Shown: in pieces, positions 10,623 to 22,629 of the stretch
Position numbering within the stretch: the stretch's first letter is position 1
Layout of the letters: every line of letters starts with the position of its first letter
Translations under genes and position numbers: made by a program
The notes under the pieces: generated by a model
The model's database searches: none
Seen by the model: the letters and a program-made list of their open reading frames with translations, nothing else
What the model was told of the DNA's origin: nothing
NCBI GenBank assembly: GCA_963725665.1
Contig: CAVRZA010000004.1
Coordinates: forward strand, 288,001-352,000
Source: an uncultured Actinomycetes bacterium
GTDB taxonomy: Bacteria > Actinomycetota > Thermoleophilia > UBA2241
Direction of reading: 5' to 3'
Length of the DNA stretch: 64,000 bases

Positions 10623-11833
10623 ACAGGCTCCTGGACGCGCCCTCGAGCGTCCTGCTCGCCGCCGCCGGCTTCGTCCTGGCGGCGAGCATCGTCTACCTCG
10701 TCACTCCGCTGATGAGCTGGATCGCTCGGCGGGCAGGCGTGGTCGTGCGGCCCACGGACGAGCGGCACATGCACCACGCCACGATGCCGCTGCTGGGCGG
10801 CCTCGCCATGTACATCGGCGTGATGGTGCCCACGCTGGCTCTGGTGCGAATGAGCGACGCGAGCAAGGCGATCCTTGTGGGCGGGACGATCATCACGCTG
10901 GTCGGGCTCGTCGACGATCTCCTCGACATCCGTCCGCTCTTGAAGTTCGCCGGTCAGCTCGCCGCGATCGGCGTGATGCTGTACTTCAATGTGCGCATCT
11001 CGCGCTTCACGCTGCCCCTCAGCGACGAGACGTTCACCTTCCACATCGCCGTCTCGGTGGCGCTGACAGTCCTCTGGATGGGCGTCATCATCAATATGGT
11101 GAACTTCATCGACGGCCTCGACGGCCTGGCGGCGGGCGTGTGCGCCATCTCGGCCATGACCTTCAGCGTGATCGCCCTCTCGCTCGACCGGGCGCCCATG
11201 GGCGTTGAGGCCGCCGTGCTGGCAGGAGCCGCGTTCGCCTTCCTGCGCTTCAACTTCTACCCAGCGAGCATCTTCATGGGGGACACGGGGTCGATGCTCC
11301 TCGGCTACTGTCTCGGCGTCATCAGTGTGCAAGGCGTCCTCAAGGGCGCCGCGACCGTGGCGCTCATCTTCCCGCTCCTCGTGTTGGGCGTGCCCTTCGT
11401 CGACTTCTTCCGCATCGTCTTCCGGCGCTGGCGCGAGGGCGTGCCCTTCTACCGCGGCGGCAAGGACCACGTGCATCACCACCTGGTCCTGGTCGTCGGC
11501 TACTCGCAGCGCAAGGCGGTGCTGCTGCTCTACGGCTGGTGCGTGCTGCTGAGCGGCCTCGCCGTGGCCATGCGCGAGCGCGCGCTGTGGGCTGTGGTCG
11601 TTCTGGGCGCGGCCGCCCTCGTTGCGACGGTGTCGATGCTTCGCCTGTTGCGCCGCTTTCGCGCTCGCTCCGAAGAGGAGGCGCGGCGCGAGGTGCTCGG
11701 GGACGAGGCGTCCGCGCCGGGCACCGGGAGCGCGTCCTCACCGCAATCTACGCAGCCCCCGCGGGACGGCGGCGTGCGGGGCCGCGCCGGGCGCGGATGG
11801 CAGTGGCCCGTGGCGGGTGTAGGCTCGCTGTGA
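10619..11833 (+). CDS. MraY/WecA-family undecaprenyl-phosphate GlcNAc-1-phosphate transferase (start inferred at ATA 10619; first ATG 10712)
   Basis: [36 protein letters not shown]; frame open upstream through the first TM helix. Confidence 0.88.
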   Translation: MDRLLDAPSSVLLAAAGFVLAASIVYLVTPLMSWIARRAGVVVRPTDERHMHHATMPLLGGLAMYIGVMVPTLALVRMSDASKAILVGGTIITLVGLVDDLLDIRPLLKFAGQLAAIGVMLYFNVRISRFTLPLSDETFTFHIAVSVALTVLWMGVIINMVNFIDGLDGLAAGVCAISAMTFSVIALSLDRAPMGVEAAVLAGAAFAFLRFNFYPASIFMGDTGSMLLGYCLGVISVQGVLKGAATVALIFPLLVLGVPFVDFFRIVFRRWREGVPFYRGGKDHVHHHLVLVVGYSQRKAVLLLYGWCVLLSGLAVAMRERALWAVVVLGAAALVATVSMLRLLRRFRARSEEEARREVLGDEASAPGTGSASSPQSTQPPRDGGVRGRAGRGWQWPVAGVGSL

Positions 11834-11918
11834 GGCGGGCAGAACATCCGTCGGCGGGGGAACGTGATGGCCGTCACGAGGGGTTCCGAAGTACCCCTGG
11901 CGGTATCGCCGACGTTCC

Positions 11919-11947
11919 TTGTCGCTGCGGGGAAAGGTCTATATACT
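11919..11947 (+). promoter_or_regulatory. Sigma70-type promoter of the atp operon
   Basis: TTGTCG-17 nt-TATACT. Confidence 0.55.
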
Positions 11948-12175
11948 GTGCCGCACGAAGAACCCCGTGAGAAGGGTTCGCGTCGCCCTGAGCAGCGAAA
12001 ATCCCCTGCTCAGGCCGAGTCGATCGCGTTCACGCTATTGGCCGGGGTAGCCGTGGGCTTGGGCATCGGATACGTGATCGACAGGCTGGCGAAGACGTCC
12101 CCCTTGTTCTTGATCTTGGGTGTGTTCGTCGGGTTCGCCGCCGCGCTGTACGCGGTCTTTCTCGAGACGAGGTGA
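11948..12175 (+). CDS. AtpZ/AtpI-family small membrane protein (start uncertain)
   Basis: GxGIGYVID....TSPLFLILG two-TM pattern ahead of atp genes. Confidence 0.75.
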   Translation: MPHEEPREKGSRRPEQRKSPAQAESIAFTLLAGVAVGLGIGYVIDRLAKTSPLFLILGVFVGFAAALYAVFLETR

Positions 12176-12217
12176 CGAGGGCTCCGCAACCCGCTCGGTC
12201 CGGACGAAGGTGGAAGC

Positions 12218-12589
12218 ATCAAGCGCGATACGCTACTAGTGCTGACGTTGCTGGCGATGACCGTCGCCTGCGGCGTCGTTGCCGGCCTCCTCGGACGCAG
12301 CGTGTGGGCGGCGGCGCTCGGTTCGGCGCTCGTCATCGCTTACTGGCTCCTCGAACTGCTCGTGGCGAGACTGGGCGCCCGCGGTAGCTTTGCCAACGCC
12401 GTCGCCCTGGGCCTCGGCGGCATGGTGGCGCGCCTCGTCGTCGTGCTCGGCGTGCTGGCGGCGATCGGGCTCTTCGCCAGGCCCGCCTTCCCCGAGGCGG
12501 CGCTATCGTTCCTCGTCACGTACAGCGCCTACCAGGTGCTGCGGCTGTTCGCCCACCCGGCTCTGTCCGCGCATCCCCGGGGGGAGTAG
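12218..12589 (+). CDS. atpI: ATP synthase subunit I-like 4-TM protein (start ATC 12218 or GTG 12239)
   Basis: Four hydrophobic segments, position immediately before atpB. Confidence 0.7.
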   Translation: MKRDTLLVLTLLAMTVACGVVAGLLGRSVWAAALGSALVIAYWLLELLVARLGARGSFANAVALGLGGMVARLVVVLGVLAAIGLFARPAFPEAALSFLVTYSAYQVLRLFAHPALSAHPRGE

Positions 12590-13536
12590 TGGACCCTGCG
12601 CGCGATCAGCACCAGCAGGAGATGCGGCGGGTCACGGCCGGCGAGGACGAGGTCATCGCCACCATCGCCAAGCACCGCCGCCTCGGGGGCCTGCCGGTGT
12701 GGCTCTGGGGGGTCATAGGGCTGCTCGTGCTCGTGGGGCTTTTCTTCATCCCCGGAGGTGCCAAGCAGGAGCTTGAGATCGCCGGCGAGTTCAACCTCGA
12801 GCCGCTGGTGAGCCTGCCCAAGATCGGCCCGTTCGACCTGTCGATCACCAAGGCCGTCGTCTACCTCTGGATCGCCACCGCCGTCATCGTCGTGGTGGCG
12901 ATCGTCATCGCGCGCAACATCAAGCCGCATCCGAGCCGGTTCCAGTACGCCATGGAGGCTCTCTACGAGCTCGCCTACGACGGCATCACCTCCTCGGTGA
13001 TGAAGAGCGGCGTCTCGACGTGGTTCCCGTACGTGGGCGCGGCTTTCTTCTTCATCCTCGTCAACAACCTCGCCGGTCTCATCCCCCTGCCCTTCGGCGA
13101 GCACCACCAGTTGAGCTTCTACGCCGCCACGGCCAACCTGAACGTGACCATCACGCTTGCCTTCTTCACGTTCCTCTTCACGCACTACGCCGGGATGAAG
13201 AAGAATGGGCCCGTGACGTACTTCAGAAACTGGATGCCCAGGGGCGCGCCGCCGGTGCTGCGCGAGTTCATCTTCGTCATCCACATCGTGAGCGAGGTCT
13301 TCCGGTTGATCTCGCTCTCGGTCCGACTCTTCGCCAACATGGTCGCCGGGCACGCCATCCTGGCCGTGTTCTTCGCTATGGCGCTGATCTTCCAGAGCTA
13401 CCTTGCGGCCGTGGTGCTGCAGGGTGGCTCCGTGCTGATCTACATGTTCGAGATCTTCGTGGCCGTGATCCAGGCCTTCATCTTCGCCATCCTCTCCGCC
13501 GTTTACATCGGCGGTGCGCTCGACCAGGAGCACTAG
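12589..13536 (+). CDS. atpB: F0 subunit a
   Basis: FILVNNLAGLIP, ATANLN, SLSVRLFANMVAGH, QAFIFAILS. Confidence 0.97.
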   Translation: MDPARDQHQQEMRRVTAGEDEVIATIAKHRRLGGLPVWLWGVIGLLVLVGLFFIPGGAKQELEIAGEFNLEPLVSLPKIGPFDLSITKAVVYLWIATAVIVVVAIVIARNIKPHPSRFQYAMEALYELAYDGITSSVMKSGVSTWFPYVGAAFFFILVNNLAGLIPLPFGEHHQLSFYAATANLNVTITLAFFTFLFTHYAGMKKNGPVTYFRNWMPRGAPPVLREFIFVIHIVSEVFRLISLSVRLFANMVAGHAILAVFFAMALIFQSYLAAVVLQGGSVLIYMFEIFVAVIQAFIFAILSAVYIGGALDQEH

Positions 13537-13590
13537 GGACGGGACAGTCGCAAAGCAATGACGATAGTCGCAAGAGCAGGAGGTCAGTGA

Positions 13591-13821
<231 letters not shown>

Positions 13822-13862
13822 CGAGGCGGGGACGGCAGGGTACGGAAGAGCGGGGAGGAAGC

Positions 13863-14381
13863 ATGCTGAGCATCAACCCCGGCCTCATGCTGTGGACCCT
13901 GATTACGTTCGCCATCGCCGTGTTCATCCTGTGGAAGTACGCCTTCGGGCCGCTGCAGCGCATCATCGACCAGCGCCGGGCGCGCATCAGGGAGAGCTTC
14001 GAGGCCGCCGAGGAGACACGCTCCGAGGCGCAGCGTCTGCTGGCGGAGTACAAGGAGTCGCTGGCACGCGTGCGCGGCGAGGCCGAGGACATCGTCGAGC
14101 GGGCGCGCAAGGCGGGCGAATCGACCAAGGCCGAGATCCTGGCCACGGCCAAGGAGCAGGCCGACCGCCGGCTCGAGCATGCGCGCCAGCAGATCGAGCG
14201 CGACACTCGGGCGGCACTGCGGGACATCAAGGGTGAGGTCGCCGACCTGGCTCTTATGGTGGCCGAGAAGGTGACGGCGAAGAGCCTGACCGACGAGGAC
14301 CACCGGCGGCTGATCGATGACGCTCTCAAGGGCGTCGATCTGAGCGACGTCGGGATGGGGACGCCGGGGACGCCCGGGTGA
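13863..14381 (+). CDS. atpF: F0 subunit b
   Basis: N-terminal TM then long charged coiled coil; operon position. Confidence 0.95.
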   Translation: MLSINPGLMLWTLITFAIAVFILWKYAFGPLQRIIDQRRARIRESFEAAEETRSEAQRLLAEYKESLARVRGEAEDIVERARKAGESTKAEILATAKEQADRRLEHARQQIERDTRAALRDIKGEVADLALMVAEKVTAKSLTDEDHRRLIDDALKGVDLSDVGMGTPGTPG

Positions 14382-14388
14382 GCGCGCT

Positions 14389-14946
14389 GTGAGCGAGGAA
14401 CAGGTCGCACGCGTCTACGCCGGCGCGTTGCTCGAGGCGGCGCGCGAGGCCGGCTCGGTCGAGCACGTCGGCAAGGACTTCAAGGCCTTTGCCGACGCGC
14501 TCGACGCGTCGCAGCCGCTGCGCGCCGTGCTCTTCGACCCGCAGATCGAGGTCTCTGCCAAGCGAGGCGTGGTGGCCGCCTTGACCGAGGGGGTCGATCC
14601 ACTGGTGGCGAACGCCCTGCGTCTGCTGCTCGACAAGGGGCGCCAGGCGGCGATCGCCGGCGTGTGCCGCGAGTATGAGGAGCTCGCCGCCGAAGAGGCG
14701 CGGGTCGTGGCCGTCGAGGTCACCACGGCGGTCCGGCTGACGCCCGACGCCGAAGAACGCATCGCGCGGCGCGTCGAGGAGGCCACGGGCATGCGGCCGC
14801 AACTCACAAAGCGCGTCGACGAAGCGATCATCGGCGGTCTCATCCTCCGTGTCGGCGACGTCATCATCGACGCGAGCGTGCGCTCCCGGCTGCAGCAACT
14901 ACGAGAGAGACTGCTGACCGCAGATGTGAGAGGTGGCGACCAGTGA
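14389..14946 (+). CDS. atpH: F1 subunit delta
   Basis: [25 protein letters not shown]. Confidence 0.95.
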   Translation: MSEEQVARVYAGALLEAAREAGSVEHVGKDFKAFADALDASQPLRAVLFDPQIEVSAKRGVVAALTEGVDPLVANALRLLLDKGRQAAIAGVCREYEELAAEEARVVAVEVTTAVRLTPDAEERIARRVEEATGMRPQLTKRVDEAIIGGLILRVGDVIIDASVRSRLQQLRERLLTADVRGGDQ

Positions 14947-16559
14947 AGCTGCGTCCAGAAGAGATCACCTCGGTCTTGAGATCGCAGATCGAGAACTACC
15001 AGGCCGAGGTCGAGGTCGAGGAGGTCGGCACCGTCCTCGAGGTCGGGGACGGGATCGCTCGCATCTACGGTCTCAGGAACGCAGTCATGTCGGAGATGCT
15101 CGACTTGTCGCACGACGTGACCGGCCTCGTGCTCAACCTCGAGGAGGACAACGTCGGTGCGGTGCTGCTCGGTGAGGACACCCTGGTCAAAGAGGGCGAC
15201 CTGGTGCGACGCACGGGTCGCGTGCTCCAGGTCCCCGTGGGCGATGCGCTCGTGGGACGCGTGGTGAACCCGCTGGGCGTGCCGCTGGACGAGAAGGGTC
15301 GCATCGAGGCGGCGGCCTTCAGGCCGGTGGAGTTCAAGGCCCCCGGGGTCGTCGAGCGGCAGCCGGTGAGGGAGCCGCTGCAGACCGGCGTCAAGGCGAT
15401 CGACGCGATGACGCCGATCGGACGCGGCCAGCGCGAGTTGATCATCGGCGATCGTCAGACGGGCAAGACCTCGATCATCGTCGACACGATCATCAACCAG
15501 AAGGGCCAGGACGAGATCTGCATCTACGTGGCCATCGGTCAGAAGGCCTCGACCGTCATGCAGGTGGTGCAGAAGCTCGAGGAGTACGGGGCCATGGAGT
15601 ACACGATCGTCGTGGCTGCAACCGCCTCCGCCTCGGCGCCTCTCAAGTACCTCGCCCCGTACGCCGGGGCGGCTATGGGCGAGTACTACCTCTACAACGG
15701 TCGCCACGCCGTCTGCTTCTACGACGACCTCTCAAAGCACGCCGATGCGTATCGCCAGATGTCACTGCTGCTGCGCCGTCCGCCGGGCCGCGAAGCCTTT
15801 CCCGGCGACGTCTTCTACCTGCACTCGCGGCTGCTGGAGCGGTCGTGCAAGCTGAACGACGAGCTAGGCGGGGGCTCGATGACAGGCATCCCGGTGATCG
15901 AGACGCAGGCCGGCGACGTCTCCGCCTACATCCCGACCAACGTCATCTCCATCACCGACGGCCAGATCTTCCTGCAGAGCGACCTCTTCCACTCGGGCAT
16001 CAGGCCGGCCATCAACGTTGGCATCTCGGTCTCCCGCGTGGGCGGCTACGCGCAGATCAAGGCGTACCGTCAGGTAGCCGGGCGCCTGCGCCTCGACCTC
16101 GCTCAGTACCGCGAGCTCGAAGCTTTCGCGCAGTTCGGCTCCGAGCTCGACGAGTCGACGCAGCGCGCGCTGTCCCGCGGCGCGCGCATGGTCGAGGTGC
16201 TAAACCAGCCGCGCTTTCAGCCGCTGCCCGTAGAGGAGCAGGTGGGGCAGATCTTCGCCGGCACGCAGGGCTACCTCGACGACGTCCCGGTCGAGCGCGT
16301 GAGGGAGTTCCTCGCCGGTCTGCGCGGCCATCTACGCGCGCACCACGCCGACGTGCTCGACAAGCTGGCCGCGGCCAAGGAGATCACCGACGAGACCGAT
16401 AAGGCACTGCGCGCCGGCATCGACGAGTTCCGGCGCAGCTTCGTCGTCGAGACCGGCCGCGATGAGGTTCCGGCCCTCAAGGTGGGCACCCCGGCGACCG
16501 TCGACGTCAAGAGTACGACCGACGAGGTCGAAGCCGCCGAAGAGGCGGCGGAGGGCTAG
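14943..16559 (+). CDS. atpA: F1 subunit alpha
   Basis: [29 protein letters not shown]. Confidence 0.98.
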   Translation: MKLRPEEITSVLRSQIENYQAEVEVEEVGTVLEVGDGIARIYGLRNAVMSEMLDLSHDVTGLVLNLEEDNVGAVLLGEDTLVKEGDLVRRTGRVLQVPVGDALVGRVVNPLGVPLDEKGRIEAAAFRPVEFKAPGVVERQPVREPLQTGVKAIDAMTPIGRGQRELIIGDRQTGKTSIIVDTIINQKGQDEICIYVAIGQKASTVMQVVQKLEEYGAMEYTIVVAATASASAPLKYLAPYAGAAMGEYYLYNGRHAVCFYDDLSKHADAYRQMSLLLRRPPGREAFPGDVFYLHSRLLERSCKLNDELGGGSMTGIPVIETQAGDVSAYIPTNVISITDGQIFLQSDLFHSGIRPAINVGISVSRVGGYAQIKAYRQVAGRLRLDLAQYRELEAFAQFGSELDESTQRALSRGARMVEVLNQPRFQPLPVEEQVGQIFAGTQGYLDDVPVERVREFLAGLRGHLRAHHADVLDKLAAAKEITDETDKALRAGIDEFRRSFVVETGRDEVPALKVGTPATVDVKSTTDEVEAAEEAAEG

Positions 16560-16567
16560 GTCGTCCG

Positions 16568-18953
<2,386 letters not shown>

Positions 18954-18962
18954 GGGGAGCAG

Positions 18963-19391
18963 GTGGTCGACGAACCGTCGTTGCAGGTCGAGATCGTCGC
19001 TCCCGACGGGGGTGTCTATGCCGACACGGTGGCCATGGTGGTGGCGCCAGGGGTCGAGGGTCAGCTGGGGATCCTGCCGCGTCACGAGCCGCTCGTCTCG
19101 TTGCTCGCCATCGGGGAGACGCGCGTGCGGCGCCTCGACGGCGACTGGGAGCATTTCGCCACCGGCATCGGCTACCTGCAGGTACTTTTCAACAAGGTGA
19201 TGGTGGTCGTCGACCACGCCGAGCAGGCTGGAAGGATCGACGTGGAGCGAGCCGAGACAGCGCGCAGGCGCGCTGAGGAGCGGCTCGCTCGCGGGGCCGA
19301 TCCCGAGGCCGAGGCCGAGGTCGACTACTTCCGTTCCGAGATGGCCCTGAAGCGGGCCGAGAACCGCCTCAAGGTGGCGGCGCGGGCCTGA
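18963..19391 (+). CDS. atpC: F1 subunit epsilon
   Basis: G.LGILPRHEP and C-terminal helical hairpin. Confidence 0.95.
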   Translation: MVDEPSLQVEIVAPDGGVYADTVAMVVAPGVEGQLGILPRHEPLVSLLAIGETRVRRLDGDWEHFATGIGYLQVLFNKVMVVVDHAEQAGRIDVERAETARRRAEERLARGADPEAEAEVDYFRSEMALKRAENRLKVAARA

Positions 19392-19438
19392 GCCGCACGC
19401 GGCCGGCCTGGGCCCCACGGAGCGGTGGAGTCAGCTCG

Positions 19439-20740
19439 ATGATGAACGGTCCCGATCAGAGCGACAGCTATCTCCTCCAGGGAGGCCGCCCGCTGGTGGG
19501 CTCCGTCGAGCTCGCGGGAGCCAAGAACTCCGTCCTCAAGCTGATGGCCGCTGGCCTGCTCTCGGACGAGGTGTCGGTCATCACGCGCGTGCCGCGCATC
19601 TCGGACGTCCTCACGATGGCCGATATGCTACGCGCCCTCGGCGCCTCGGTGTCGTTCCACGGCGATGAGGTCGTCATCGACCCGCGGGGGCCGCTCAATG
19701 GTCACGCGCCGTACGAGCTCGTGCGCACGATGCGCGCCAGCATCATCGTCATGGGTCCGCTCGTGGCGCGCCTGGGCAGGGCGAGCATTGCGATGCCGGG
19801 GGGCTGCAACATCGGCCCGCGGCGCATCGACTTCCACCTGCGGGGGCTGCAGCGCCTCGGGGCCCGGGTCGCCATCGAACACGGTTTCATCGAGGTCGAT
19901 GGCGACCGTTTGCGGGGCGGCGTCGTGCCCCTCGACTACCCGAGCGTCGGCGCCACCGAGAACCTGTTGATGACGGCGACCGCCGCGCGGGGCGTGACCG
20001 TCATCGAGAACGCCGCCCGGGAGCCCGAGATCGTCGACCTCTGCCGCTTCCTCTCGGCCATGGGGGCGTGCATCGAGGGCGCCGGGACGAGCGCGATCCG
20101 TGTCGAGGGGGGCCACCCGCTGCGCGGGGCGAGACACGAGGTCATCGCCGATCGCATAGAAGCGGGCACCTTTCTGATCGCCGCGGGCGCGACGCACGGC
20201 GACGTGACCGTCCGCGGTCTCGATCCAGTCCATCTCGAGCTCTTCCTCCACAAGCTGCGAGCCATTGGCATCCAGGTCGACGAAGGTGACGGGTCGATCC
20301 GGGCCCGCTACGCCGGGCGCCTGCGTCCGGTCGACATCTCGACACTCCCCCATCCAGGGTTCGCGACCGATCTCCAGGCGCAGGTGATGGTCCTGCTGTC
20401 GCTGGCGGCGGGGACGTCGATCGTCACGGAGAACGTCTTCGAGAATCGCTTCGTCGTCGTCGACGAGCTCAACCGCCTGGGCGCGGGTATCACTACGAGT
20501 GGGCATCATGCTGTCATCGCGGGGCCTCGCCAGCTCACGGGCACCGTCGTCGAGGCCCCCGATCTGCGCGGTGGCGCCGCCCTTGTGATCGCCGGGCTCG
20601 TCGCCGAGGGTTCTACCGAGGTGCGCTCGGTGATGCACATCGATCGAGGGTACGAGGCGCTCGAGTCGAAGCTCGCGACGCTGGGGGCAGATATCAGGCG
20701 TCTAACGGGCGAGCATTCGCCGCTCATCGCCACGGTCTGA
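19439..20740 (+). CDS. murA: UDP-N-acetylglucosamine 1-carboxyvinyltransferase (active-site Cys form)
   Basis: GAKNS, MRAS, PGGCNIG.R, SVGATEN, DRIEAGT, DLRGGA. Confidence 0.97.
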   Translation: MMNGPDQSDSYLLQGGRPLVGSVELAGAKNSVLKLMAAGLLSDEVSVITRVPRISDVLTMADMLRALGASVSFHGDEVVIDPRGPLNGHAPYELVRTMRASIIVMGPLVARLGRASIAMPGGCNIGPRRIDFHLRGLQRLGARVAIEHGFIEVDGDRLRGGVVPLDYPSVGATENLLMTATAARGVTVIENAAREPEIVDLCRFLSAMGACIEGAGTSAIRVEGGHPLRGARHEVIADRIEAGTFLIAAGATHGDVTVRGLDPVHLELFLHKLRAIGIQVDEGDGSIRARYAGRLRPVDISTLPHPGFATDLQAQVMVLLSLAAGTSIVTENVFENRFVVVDELNRLGAGITTSGHHAVIAGPRQLTGTVVEAPDLRGGAALVIAGLVAEGSTEVRSVMHIDRGYEALESKLATLGADIRRLTGEHSPLIATV

Positions 20741-20835
20741 GCCGTCGCGTCGAGCGGGAGCGAGCGACGATACGATAGAATCCGCGGCGGCCCGGTGGCG
20801 CGAGCTCCCGGAGTCACCTCGAAAGCGAGTCTGCT

Positions 20836-22629
20836 GTGGCCGAGTACACACGCTACACGGCGACCCTGCGGCCCAGGCGCAAGCGCCGGCTGTGGGTCTC
20901 TATCCTCTGGTGGACGAGCCTCGTCCTCGTCGTCGTCGTCTCTATGGGCGCCGGCATGGCGTTCGGCTGGTTGTCGCGGACGGTAGCAGAGGTCGAGACG
21001 CGCAACCCGGAGACGGTGAGCGCCGCGCGCAAGCAGCTCACCGAGACCCTGCCCGGCAAGCCCGTCACGGTCCTGCTCCTCGGCAGCGACCGCCGCGAGG
21101 TGCTCGGTCCCTCGGACGTCGGCCGCTCCGACACCCTCATCCTGGCGCGCCTCGACCCCCAGACGAAGAGCATCTCGATGCTGTCGATCCCGCGCGACCT
21201 GCGTGTCGAGATACCCGGCTACGGCACCGATCGCATCAACGCCGCGTATTCGCTGGGTGGAGGCAAGGACGGCGCCGCACTCGCCCTCAAGACGGTGAAG
21301 CAGCTCACGGGGCTGCAGATCAACGACTTCATCGACATCAACTTCAGGGGCTTCATCCGCGTGATCGACAAGCTGGACGGGGCGTACTTCATGGTCGATC
21401 GCCGCTACTACAACGACACGGCGGTGACCAACTTCGCGTCGATCGACCTGCAGCCGGGCTATCAGCGGCTCGACGGCAGGGACGCGCTGTCGTTCGTCCG
21501 CTTCCGCCACGACCAGACGGGCGACTTCGGGCGCATCGTGCGGCAGCAGATGTTCCTGCGCGAGCTCAAGCGGCAGATCGGCGAGTCCGCCAAGTGGACG
21601 AACTGGCGCGCGCTTCCCGGGCTGATCCGGCTGGTGGCGGAGAACACGATCAGCGACATCTCGTCGTTCCCGAAGCTCCTCTCGCTCGGGCGGCTGGTCA
21701 TGGGGCTCGACGCGACCCACGTGTACCAGACGCACATCGAGGCCCAGAACATCCAGGTCCCCACGGCCGACGGCACGATGGCCGCCGAGCTCGAGGCCTC
21801 TCCGGAGCAGATCCAGGCCGCGGTGCAGAGCTTCCTCCATCCCGAGGCGGCCCCGGCGGCTGCCGTCGAACGTCTGCCCCTCGATGCGTTCCTGGTGAGA
21901 GTGCAGAACGGCTCGGGGACGCCCGGCATCGCCGAGGAGGTCTCTCACCAACTGTCAAGCCTGGGCTACCGGACCAGGGTCGCGGGCAACGCCCCGACGT
22001 TCGACTACCAGGAGTCCATCGTCTACGCGAGCCCGGGTCTCGTGACGCAGGCCGACCGTATCGCCCGCCTCCTCAAGGGCGCGCCGGTGCAGGTCGTCCC
22101 GCGCGGACCGGGGGTCTACGACGGCGTCACCGTGATCGTGGGGGCCAGCTATGCCGGCACGCTCGCGGTCCCCGAGTCGACATCGACGGCGACGCCGGCG
22201 CCCACGCTCGTCTACCACACGCGTCCCGACCTCGCCGAGTGGCGGGCGCTCGACAAGCAGACGCGTATGAAGCTTTACATGCCGACGACCTGGCCCAGTG
22301 GGTACGGCTTCGACCAGTTCCGCGTCTACACGACGCCGAAGGTGCGCGGAGGAAGTGCGGGGGCGGCCGTCGTCGTGTGCACCACCCTGCAGGGCGGCTA
22401 CTTCGACATCCAGGTGCTGCACTGGGCTTCTCCGCCGGCCACGGCCAAGCCCGACCAGCGACGGACGATCGACGGCCGCAAGTACCTGCTCTTCTACGAC
22501 GGCAGGAAGCTGCACATGGTCGCGTGGCGCGTCCGCGCCTCGACCTACTGGGTCAACAACACGTTGGATGACGCGATCCCCAACGCCACGCTGCTCGCGA
22601 TCGCGACGTCGTTCACCCGGGTGGGGTGA
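20836..22629 (+). CDS. LCP family glycopolymer transferase with LytR_C and extra C-terminal domain
   Basis: LLLGSD, RSDT, SIPRD, RINAAY, FVRFRH, RIVRQQ; VQNGSGTPGIA LytR_C motif. Confidence 0.92.
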   Translation: MAEYTRYTATLRPRRKRRLWVSILWWTSLVLVVVVSMGAGMAFGWLSRTVAEVETRNPETVSAARKQLTETLPGKPVTVLLLGSDRREVLGPSDVGRSDTLILARLDPQTKSISMLSIPRDLRVEIPGYGTDRINAAYSLGGGKDGAALALKTVKQLTGLQINDFIDINFRGFIRVIDKLDGAYFMVDRRYYNDTAVTNFASIDLQPGYQRLDGRDALSFVRFRHDQTGDFGRIVRQQMFLRELKRQIGESAKWTNWRALPGLIRLVAENTISDISSFPKLLSLGRLVMGLDATHVYQTHIEAQNIQVPTADGTMAAELEASPEQIQAAVQSFLHPEAAPAAAVERLPLDAFLVRVQNGSGTPGIAEEVSHQLSSLGYRTRVAGNAPTFDYQESIVYASPGLVTQADRIARLLKGAPVQVVPRGPGVYDGVTVIVGASYAGTLAVPESTSTATPAPTLVYHTRPDLAEWRALDKQTRMKLYMPTTWPSGYGFDQFRVYTTPKVRGGSAGAAVVVCTTLQGGYFDIQVLHWASPPATAKPDQRRTIDGRKYLLFYDGRKLHMVAWRVRASTYWVNNTLDDAIPNATLLAIATSFTRVG

